NCBI GenBank assembly: GCA_000320545.1
Contig: ADNK01001326.1
Location: 62,001-126,000, forward strand
Reading direction: 5' to 3'
DNA: 64,000 bases
Origin: Bigelowiella natans CCMP2755
Taxonomy: Eukaryota; Protista; Cercozoa
In this document: in pieces, positions 53,139 to 64,000 of the stretch
How the letters are laid out: every line of letters starts with the position of its first letter
How positions within the stretch are numbered: the first letter of the stretch is position 1
The notes under the pieces: generated by a model
Databases searched by the model: none
The model's input: the letters and a program-made list of their open reading frames with translations, nothing else
Told to the model about the DNA's origin: nothing
Position numbers and translations under genes: made by a program

Positions 53139-56100
53139 ATGAAAGGGAAGGGTCAAGGGAAGGGATGGAACAAAGGCGTTGCTAACTCCAAAGGAAACAG
53201 GAATGGTGGTGTTTCGTTGTTGCACGGGACAACGATGTTCCTGGCAGCGCTCATGACCACGTATATCGTATTGCTCATCCACCAGCACCAAAAGCACATC
53301 AGCAAAACTTCAGGGTATGCTGTGGATGACCACAAAAAGCAACGAAGCTTGTTTTCAAGTGCTGAGGCGAGATACGGGGCTGCGAAACCTGCACGCACTG
53401 TCGCTGACGTCATGGGTAATAAGGCCTGCGCTACTTCAAATATGTTCGTATGTTAAAAAAGGAATTAAAAAAAGAGGTATCACCTTGTTATTGATTTAAA
53501 AAATTTAAGTAAAGATATTCACCGCCGAATTTAAACTCATGGCAGTAGCACTTATTACTTTGATTCGTGTTGCCATCGACGTGTCTGTCAGGAGGGAACT
53601 CTCCAGCATTATTAGCCGAAGACGAACACTCGCTGCCGAAACTTGCCAAGTATGGGGGTAATGACAGGCCACGGATAATATTCGCGGTCCCAATGCCGTG
53701 GCCGCTAAAGGATGATCTTGCAAAGGATAACCTTGTTGCCACCATTTCAACATGGGGTGCACATGCAACACGGCTGGTGTTGGTCGTTTCGGAGCAGCAG
53801 ATCAAGAAGTTTCCTCCAAACTCGGAACTTGGGGAGCAGCATTCACAAATTAAGGATTATCTCTACCCAGTTCCAATGAAGCGTCCTGATGGCATTCATA
53901 ACGGTCGCCATATATGGGAAAAAATGTGGCGCGGTTGGCGAATGGTATGCGACAAGTTCCGCCACGAAGCCGAGTGGTACTTACTACCATTGCCGTGTGA
54001 TGAATCAAGTGTACAGATGTGTATTTATTATTATTGTCATTATTATGCAGATGAGTCCTGAAAATAAACCTAAGTAATGACTCCCCCTCCTACTCGTCCT
54101 CAACCAACCAACCAATCAACCCAGGTTTGTGAAGGCTGACCTAGACACCTTTGTCGCTGTTGAGAATATGCGTGCCTTTCTCTCCCATCTGGATCCGGAT
54201 CAACCTTATTATTTCGGTCATACACTCTTCCACGATTGGCAGCGTCACAATCTTGTGTTTAACAGGTAGTAGTACTACATGTGAGTTTGCTCTTAAAACA
54301 CAGTAGTAGCAGCAGCAGCAGCAGTGAAACATATGTGCATCATTCGATATAATTTTTCTGAATAACGCATACATCAGTGGAACCTGCTACATTCTTTCTC
54401 GGGAGTCACTACGCCGTTTAGCGATTCGTTTAGGCAGCATAGAGTCGAGTCGCGCATTCACGTATCAGTGTGGAGATGGCGCTGGTGCGAGGGAGGATCC
54501 TCACACAGCTGGGTGTTTGCGCGATGTGGGCGTGTTGGCATCCAATTCTCTTGACGCAAATGGAAAACAAAGATTCCTCACCTTCAGGTCACATCTGATC
54601 TCATAATTTCTTTATGTGTTCGCGCTCCTCTCATTTTTTTAAAATATTTGTGAGTTTATTTAAATGTCACGATGGATTGAATACCCTCCCTCCCTCCCTC
54701 CCTCCCTCTGTCGTCTTGCAGGCCGCAAGACCATTTGTTCAGGATGAAGGCTGAGCGCTCATGGTTTTGGACGGGTAAGGACAGATCCAAAGACTTATTA
54801 GATTGCTGCTCCAACTATCCTATCTCTTTTCACAACTTCAAATCATATCCTCGCGCTGCTTACGAGCCAGAGGCGTACTACATGCTCGAGTACTTCCTAT
54901 CCGCCCACAAGTATGAGGCCATATTGAAGGCTATGGATCCTCCTAGTCAGGATGCACAAAGATTCAGGGTAGCAGCAGCAGCAGTAGTAGTACGAATGTT
55001 TGTGTGTGTGTGTGTGTGTGTGTGTCCGAGAGCTAGACAATTTCGCTGCTGCTACTAATTATCTAAGTGTTGTTGTTGCACATTAAATATCTGTTCTTGT
55101 TCTCTCCTCCTCCTCCTCCTCCTCCTCCTCCTCCTCCTCCTCCTCCTCCTCTTCCTCCCTACTTATTCTCTAGGTACCCGAAGATCTCCTCTCACTGCAT
55201 CCAGATGAAGACCGCAACATCCCTGGATTCCGACCTGAGCAAAAGTTGAATCACTGGCTAACAGTCAATCCAGATAAGGCCGCATGTGTGCTCCTTAAGG
55301 ACCAAGATCACTGCAAATGCAAAATTCCTGAAGTACTTCCCCATCTAACCTCCGGCGTAATGCTCATTCGTGATGAAGGAGACAAAGGAGAGGAGGGTGA
55401 AGATTGCAGTCCAGGCAGCCCCCTGAGTACAGGTGGGCGGTGTAAGTTAAAATGCAAAGAGGGGTACTTTCCGGTTGCGAGTTCTTCGTCGTGGCTTGGG
55501 GGAGGAGGAGGAGGAGGAGGAGAAAAGACAGACGATGATTCTTCTGTCTCCCCGTCGTACGTCACTTGCCCGGACGGTGCATTACTTTATCCCGAAGAAC
55601 CACTTCGTTGCAAAATGCGATGCAAGAAGGCTAGTCTAGATGATATCAGGTTTGATGTCGTAGATGTAGTAGCAGTAGTGATAGTTATTGTAGTAGTAGT
55701 TGTTTGTGGGGAATTTTAAATATATTAAGTACATAAGCGACATTGTATGGTACAGCATATTTGTTTGAAATGGATATGCCATTTATTACTTTTCACCATC
55801 GTCGTCGTAATTCAAAAGTGGTACTTAATATAAAGATTGAATGCATCTTCCATGCCTAGAGTCGTTGTGGACTACTACTTGTGATTGTTTGCTTAATTTC
55901 GACGAACGACAAATAATGCATTATCATCTGCTTACTACCCAGACGCAAAGTGGAAGCAAATGGTGATTCTGTGGTTCAAGGGCTGGATGGGGCTAGAATC
56001 CGGTGCGGCAAAGGAAGGGCAATGATCGATGGCAAGGTTGAAAACACACTCAGTTGTGGGAAGGATATCAAGGAAGAGGACTTATCGAGCTACCGGTACT

Positions 56101-56777
56101 TATAACAGCTATCTCTTTGCACCGTATTTGTTCAACTGTGTGAAGGGTGGAACGTTCCTACGTTGGACGGATTTTGAATGAGCTATTTACCGCCTCTCAT
56201 AATAATAATAATACTAATAATCATAATGATAATAATGACACAACGGCAAGGAGAAGAATATCAACACAAATAAAACGTCACTAACTTCATGAAAACTGCA
56301 AGACCGCACATCCAGAAATGATACATACAGATGAATAATATTAAAGAATAATACTATAAAGATCATCATAAAGACGATATGCTGTTTTAAGTAGTTAATC
56401 TTCATGCAATGCATGAAATATACACGCACCATTGAGAGAGTAGTTTGTCAACATAGATGCAGCATATAAATTACTACATGTCCAGGTGTGCTCCGTGTGT
56501 TCGGTGGACCGTCAACTTGTCAGGATCCTCCTATACACACGACTCATGGAAGGCTATCACCGTTGACGGCAATACAGAGTCCAAATTCGAGGTTGCTTCC
56601 GTAAAAACCGGAAGCAAATGGGACCCGAATAAAAATTGTCAGCAATGGCACCGTGAAACACAGCTGATACTAAGGGTGAGGGGAAGAGAGGCACCAATAA
56701 GAGGATTGAGTTGTGGCAATCAACTCATCCAGATCGGAGAAATTAAAAAAGAGGAAGGTATTTGCAAATCAAGATAG
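53139..56777 (+). CDS. GT31 family glycosyltransferase (C1GALT1/core-1 beta-1,3-galactosyltransferase-like), type II membrane, with a Cys-rich C-terminal extension
   Basis: TM segment FLAALMTTYIVLLI. Motifs ISTWG, IWEKM, EW|FVKADLDTFVAVENMRAFL, PYYFGH, SGTCYILSRESLRR, EDPHTAGCL..VGV, G.QRF, CCSNYPISFH. Confidence 0.88.
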
Positions 56778-57139
56778 TCTAATGAAACAGGCAACCCATG
56801 TGGGAATGGCTACCGCGGTGAATATATCAGATCGCATCCGCATAGCACAATGTACATCGTTTCACCATTGTATCATGCAAGACCGTGCATGCATCATATC
56901 AATAGCTAGATATGTTTAAATTAGCTAGACTGAACGTTCGAATGACTCGAGAATGCATGTTCGATTCGATCGACATATCGTGGCGGTGTACGTTCTTCGC
57001 GTCGTCAGTTTGCACGCGATGACAGCAAGACGTGTATAAGAGGCCTTGGCGTTTGGCTGTTCACGATGCATGCACATGCTCTAGATGTCTAGTATGTGTG
57101 CTCGGATGGGTCGTGTCGTTCTTTCCGCTGCATGTATTA

Positions 57140-57616
57140 TGAGACGGATGTAATGAAATGTTTAAATTTTTTCAATGGTCATCCTAATGTAGCTATGCAA
57201 TGCAGCGGCTACAGCGCTTAAGTTGTATCTGTTGGTTTCCTTGGTCACATGATTATACTAGCATATAGCATGTGGCATGTGACGCTACGCTGCTCGCATA
57301 CAGCGTCACATATCAATGGCACACTCAAATGCATGCACTGCGAGATCATGATAAGTGTCAAGACGCTCGCAAACTCGCTAGCTCGCGGTCCAAAGCTACG
57401 TACAGCTTTGAGCACAATGCAACACGCGACGCATACGACAACATATATCCTACATATGGTGCATCATCGCATGCTCACGCACACCAAAAACATGTCCACA
57501 TATGCATGTGACCAAGGAAACAAACAGACACAATTTAAGCGCTGTAGCCGCTACATTGCACAGCTACATCAGGATGACCATTGAAAAAATTTAAATCTTT
57601 CATTACATCCGTCTCA
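57140..57616. mobile_element. MITE copy B, ~112-bp TIRs, same family as 21440-22426
   Basis: TA|tgagacggatgtaatgaaa...ccttggtcacatg and catgtgaccaagg...tttcattacatccgtctca|CA. About 8 mismatches between the arms. Confidence 0.92.
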
Positions 57617-57779
57617 CATATGTATGTGATGTCACTTTCGCAGAATGAAGAGTAGGATGCTGATGTTTATGACAAGAGTCATCGTCCACTTTAACCAATC
57701 TTGTGAACGCGCTAGAGTGAGCCTACCCTTCGCAAACCAGCACAGACTTTCTAGCTTTGCTTGTGTATCAGCTTGAGCA

Positions 57780-58453
57780 TTATTGCTTCTCTTTTCTGCA
57801 CAAAATTGAGAATAAACTGGAAGGATCTTTTAACAGCTGATCAGGTGCCTGAAAACATCAGTAAATTATCACCACATAAAAGACACATGCTTTTAGTGTA
57901 ATAGAAGTAAACTTTAAGTGAGGTGATATATTACATACCCCCTGTTCTTCCACACGGCCCTTGTCCATCACAATAACCTATTAACAAAACATCAGACAGT
58001 TGTGATTTGTGTTGAGTAAGCGACATATGTTGCTTCCTTTAATAGTAAGTAGTATTAGCGCATTTAGTCAGACAACAACGACACCAACAAATACCTTCTC
58101 TAGTATCATTACTAGTACCTTATCGGAATGCAATATCGTATCAAGACGATGAGCAATCGTGATGACGGTTGCGTGCTTAAACTCTTGGCGTAGAGTCTCT
58201 TGAACCATTTGGTCCTGATGATGACAATTGGACAAAATAGCAAGGAAAGGGAGGAGTGAGAAGAAGAAGAAGAAGAAGAAGAAGAAGAAGAAGACACATG
58301 TCCATACTCGTGCGCAAACTGCAATGAACACGACTTTACTGTTGGGGCATACTAGTATCTTTTTTCCATCGATGTGATGACAACGTTACCGTTTTGTGGT
58401 CAATAGCGCTAGTAGCTTCGTCCAAAAGCAAAATGCGGGTTCTTAAAGGTGCG

Positions 58454-58489
<36 letters not shown>

Positions 58490-58796
58490 GACAGACAGAC
58501 AGAGAGAGAGGGGGAGAGAGGGGGGGGAGGGTGAGGAGGAGAGGTGGAGAGGAGAGATTAATGACTACAAGTAAGGATGATGATAACACTGACATTCTAC
58601 AAATGCAAAAGTAAACGAAACCATCAATCATTTATACTTGCCAATATCGTTGAAACGTTTGGCTAGAAAGAAGGAGATGTGAGGAAGGAGTGGGATAAAT
58701 TGTTTATAAACACATTAGATTTCTACTGATCACCTTCTGAGTAGAGCTCTTGCTAGACACAACAGCTGCCTTTGCCTTAATATATAATATTTATGT

Positions 58797-58843
<47 letters not shown>

Positions 58844-59412
58844 TGTAAAAAGGTGTTACGATTATATTATGATGCGTAATGCACTAACTACGACACATCA
58901 TACCCAACGCTGAAGGTGGACCCCCCCCCGCCCCCAACATTAGCGTTAATGCCCCCCTTCAAAGTCGCCACATGTTCCCAGAGATGAGCGGCTTTGAGAA
59001 CACTCTCTATGTCTGCTCGAGAGTGCCGCTCAAAAGGATCCAAGTTGAACCGAATCGTACCACTGAATAACACCTGATTATGATGATGATGATGATTTTG
59101 ATGATCATGGTGATGACGATGTTTATCATTGTAGTGGTAAGGTTGTAGTGTTTTTTGAGATTGGGCGCCTTATTGCGCAAAATGTAGATATTTGTTGGTG
59201 ACGATCTTCTTCTTCTTCTTCCTCTTCTCGTACAAAGTGATAGACTACATACAGGGTCCTGAGGAATAATGGCAACTGCCCCTCTTAAGGCCTTCAACCC
59301 CACACTTGAAATGTCAACCCCTGAATAATAATAATAATGATATTAATGTTAATAATTATGATGATAATGATGATAAGGAGAAAGCAACCACAAATCAAAG
59401 GATAGAGAGCAT

Positions 59413-59450
<38 letters not shown>

Positions 59451-59712
59451 AGAGTAGGATTGGGTGTGGGTGTAGACGTTGGTTTTTTAATAAGTAGCAT
59501 GCGTACGAGTGATAGTGAGTAAGAAGGAGAAGAAGAAGAAGAAGAAGAAGAAGAAGAAGGAGCACGATGACGATGATCAGATCGTGATAATCATCATCTC
59601 TTCTAGAACTCGCAGGAGGAAGTGGTGTGTGGGTGGGTGTTCTTGTGAACACGTTTGGCATAAAGAGTTTGTGTAACGAGGAAAATTCGAGTTCAGAGAG
59701 TGAGACAGAGAC

Positions 59713-59762
<50 letters not shown>

Positions 59763-60392
59763 TAGTGAGCATCTTCAATAAGTATCTTGGCAATTTCATG
59801 ATGTGATTTACATGTGTTAATACCATCGATGAGAATCTTTCCTCGAGTGAGAGCTCTACCATCCTTTTCCTCCTCGAGACCTGCTGCTGCTGCTGCCTCC
59901 ACGAATGCTCCATTGTTCACTGCGCTACCATGCTCGATGTCATCTAAAGTGTAGTAAAAGGACATTTTCCCAAAATAATTCAAAAAGTGTAAGTGTGTGT
60001 GTGTGTGTGTGTGCATTCATATCCAAAGGCAAGCATCATTATAGGGGGGCAATGGAAAATGACCACGTGTTTTAGAACGTATACACATAATCATTAGTAT
60101 CATCTCTCTAAGTTGGCTTGACCAGAATATACAGGGAACATAATTGTCCTTCTATAATTATAATAGTTATTATTATCATTAACCCAACCAGTTGTTTCTT
60201 CGCCCTTTTCATTCAGTAGCGGCTGACGCCCATCTTCCATGATTGATTCTGGAAAGAGCAAGAGCAATATACAACAACAGCAACAAGAAGATTAAGTGCA
60301 GCAGCTCACAACACATGTCGTCGTCCTCCTCCTCCTTATTTGCATAAAAGAGTACATTCATGAATATCTGATCCTCCTCTACTAGAGTTTTG

Positions 60393-60427
<35 letters not shown>

Positions 60428-60524
60428 CTAATCAATCTATGAGTGGGTAGGGTGGTGGTGTGGACATTATCAACTATTACTTTTGTAATTGATTAGTGCT
60501 GACAGAATGCTTGTAGATAACGAT

Positions 60525-60563
<39 letters not shown>

Positions 60564-60942
60564 TGCTCCCCGATGAACAATAAAGGACTTGTTGCTGGAG
60601 TCTCTCTTTTCCTTTCTTTGTGTATGTGAGGATACTACCAATTTCTCGGGTTGTGTGGATGATGATGACTACGATGACGATGGTGATGATAGTGATAATG
60701 CTAATGATGATGATATTGCATATCTATGTTCTTATTTCTACAGCTTCAACCACCACCACCACCACCACCACCACCACCACCACCTTTGGTAGCTCTGAGG
60801 TACTTCTTATACGCCATTGACTGGGAACCTGTTGTGCTATTCCGAGACGAAATAAACTGGTCTTCTTTCTTCTGGTCGCTACTTCTAGCTGCTAGGGTCT
60901 TCTTTTGTCCACCCTCCTCTTCTTTGGTATTTGGGATCTGAA

Positions 60943-60987
<45 letters not shown>

Positions 60988-61009
60988 GTGTATGATTAGT
61001 AGTACATAT

Positions 61010-61045
<36 letters not shown>

Positions 61046-62029
61046 TAGGGTTTGAATTAATAACGTAATGAATAAGTGATATAATAATTAGTACTAATGG
61101 CAATAATAATAATAGTTACAATAGATCTGCATGTGCATGTGTTGAGTACAAAATACCTCAACGAGTCTCAGAAGGGCAAGAAGAAGCGTAGATTTCCCAG
61201 CCCCTTTGGATATAGATAATGCCAAACAACCACAACATGTGCATGTGATATAAGGGAGGAAGAACTCCACAAACTCAATCGGATTCTTTTTCCATTTTAT
61301 GGCACTGATGGTAGTGAAGATGGTAACTAGAGTGTCGGTCGATAATGATGATCTATATGCTACTGCTATGGCGGCTACTACTGCTGGTACACCACCTGTT
61401 CGCCCAACTACTCCGACTTTTTCTCCGGCATGAAACACTGCGTCCACACCTTGCAGAACCCACGGGAGCCTAAAGATAATAATAGGGTTATTAATTTGGT
61501 AGATGACGACGTGAGCAGCACCCATCCACATATACACACAATTGTTGAGGAAGGAATGGATGAATGAGTGCATTGTTATCGTCTACAACCTGGACAAATA
61601 GCGCAGCCAATAGTTTTTTATCTCTAGCTTTCCCTTCTCAGGCCAGGTGCTAGCAGGGTCTCTTCCAGGGATCACGAGTGGAGCTTCAGAGGGCGTTTCT
61701 ATGTACTCAGCAATGCGTTCCACTGCGACTACGCTTGTCTCACGCTGTGAGGTCATGCGCACCAGCCTGTTTATCATTATTATAATAATACTATCATGGA
61801 TGATGTTGTTTGGATCATGATGATGATACGTGCGATAAGAAGAAGCAGCAGTAGCATTCTTCTTCTTATTGTTATAATTATTATCATTATTATTATGATT
61901 CCTACTTTTCTCTGCTACTACTACTACTACTACTACTACTAGTACCAATTGAGGCTTTGAGTGACGTTGAGTGCATATGAGATGCTAAGAGCAGCGAATG
62001 CAGCGTTTATCGATCCACGTCCTAACATT

Positions 62030-62070
<41 letters not shown>

Positions 62071-63126
62071 TTGATTCAAACATACTTCATAATTCATAAT
62101 ACTTGTAATTTTATGTAAGGGTGCTAGTACATATCACTAATGGTGAGCAGTAGCCCAACTCACGCACCCACTGCTACTTACCCAAAACAGCAAATAGGGC
62201 GGCGAAAGTGATTATAAGAGTTCCAACGAATTCAAGGCGGACCTAGTCAATAACATGTCGCATAAATTATCTATAATAACAGCGACAACAGTAGCGACAG
62301 CAACAACAATAACAACAATAACAACAGCAAGGCGAAACACAGCGAGAAAGGGTTGATGATAGTCCTAGTATGCACAACAACACTACACACATAGTCTAGG
62401 TGTTGATGGTGGTATGTATTGTTATTCGAATAATACACACTGCTGCTTACTTACATACCGCAAGCCATCTATTCGCCGCAATGGAGGGAAAGTATGCAGA
62501 AAGGCCTTAGAGAGAGATAGGGTGATAAGAGAGGGGGTGGATCATGGTTTTTTTAACTAGATACACTAAACAACCCTGCTTGTTGTTGAATAATACAAAA
62601 GATAGATATTGTTGTACAGCACTACGCATGAGCCATCACATGAACATAGGCTGCTCATCATCATCATCATCATCATCCATGTTGTCCTCACTTTTCCGAA
62701 GCCTTCTGGCATTTTCCGTGGCAAATCTACCCGTAGAGCCAAACGCGCGGATAGTCTCAAGTCCTGATGATGATGATTATGATGGTGGTGATGGTGAATG
62801 ATGGTGATGTGTTGATGGGGACGTCGTATAAATGATGAAGGTGGAAGGGAGAAAGGTGTATATGTTTGCTGGGGAAATAGTAGTATATGTTCAACATCAT
62901 GGTAGTAATTGGAATATATCATAATTCAAGGCATCATAAGTTAACAACCCCCCCTCCCCCATCACCTGCGACTGTTTCACCAAAGTGTGCGTAGATTGGG
63001 GAGCGCAGACTGTGTTTGTGTGTTTTGTGTGAATCAAAAAGAAATGATGGGAGATAATATCAAAGCATGCAAAACAAATATCAGCAATGTACAACAAATT
63101 ATATTTCTCTTTGTATTTTCTTTCCT

Positions 63127-63181
<55 letters not shown>

Positions 63182-63491
63182 TGCTGATAATGATGGTGAT
63201 GGTGAAGAAGATGATAATGATGGCGGCGATGATCTCTACATAAAACTATGAACTCATGCACCGAGAAACATTGTTTGTTGTATTTACACATCCACACCTC
63301 TGCGTGGGAACACACACACACACACACACACATACACATAGATACACACACATTATGATGCTACTACTGCTATTTCTGCTACTACTACTACTACTACTAC
63401 TAGTGTATGCACACATACGTGCTGTCCCATCGTTTGAGGCACCTAGAAGTTGCGATGTAGTACCGCTGAGCATACCTTATTAGAGCATATG

Positions 63492-63526
<35 letters not shown>

Positions 63527-63901
63527 GTGAGAAACACAACGATGATCAATAGGCGAAAAATTCAAAGAAACGAATTACGACAAGGTTATGATGTTTCATC
63601 TGGTAAATATTTGCATGATAACAAAAACTGTAAGATGCTGCCCGTCGTTGTCTTCCCGTATTTTTTGAACACATACGAGAAATTAAGCACAGCAATAACA
63701 GCAACAACAATACCAGTATAGCCAGGTCGTCGGTACCTGCACACATGTGGTGATTGTGATGGTGGTTAATAACATGCAGAAATATCAGTCGATAAGACGC
63801 ATAATATAAAATATCAATAAAAATGAGGAGGAGAAGGATATGCACTATCATGCACACAAACTTTAGCAGTTGCAGTAGTCGCAGATATAACAAACACAAT
63901 G

Positions 63902-63936
<35 letters not shown>

Positions 63937-64000
63937 TTCAAGTATATACTTGCAGGACTTGTGGGTCTAAACCCCACCAAAAAGTAACATTTCTTTCTTT
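57780..64000 (-). CDS. ABCC/MRP-type ABC transporter, 3' part (end of TMD2 and NBD2); continues beyond the window
   Basis: [56 protein letters not shown]|[25 protein letters not shown]|[18 protein letters not shown]|[36 protein letters not shown]. Confidence 0.95.

Noticed and set aside
1-64000. tRNA, rRNA, snRNA or spliced-leader genes; transposase or reverse transcriptase ORFs
   Set aside because: None recognised by eye. A covariance-model search was not possible, so small RNA genes are not excluded.

Overview
Eukaryotic, intron-rich protist DNA (GT-AG introns mostly 50-300 nt, many packed with microsatellites). Bipartite-looking N-terminal leaders plus flagellar genes suggest a chlorarachniophyte-like rhizarian, but that is inference only. 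I reconstructed 14 spliced genes by hand: CD36/SR-B-like (3' part), an unknown protein, class II lysyl-tRNA synthetase with a spliced N-terminal extension, an ankyrin protein, a long unknown protein with a signal-like leader, CCDC191-like, an F-box protein, a 15-kb microsatellite-bloated gene, VPS37A-like, CCDC153/DRC12-like, an F-box/SPRY protein, a small DAP1-like protein missed by the ORF track, a GT31 C1GALT1-like glycosyltransferase and the 3' part of an ABCC transporter. The main non-coding signal is in the spacers downstream of gene 3' ends. They hold decayed repeats, including a TA-flanked MITE family with ~100-bp TIRs, and are strongly depleted of TpA except in CTAG. Aligning the TIR copies shows the substitutions run TpA->TpG/CpA, the opposite direction to fungal RIP. 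This points to a possible repeat-targeted A-to-G (T-to-C) hypermutation system. All coordinates and counts were read manually.
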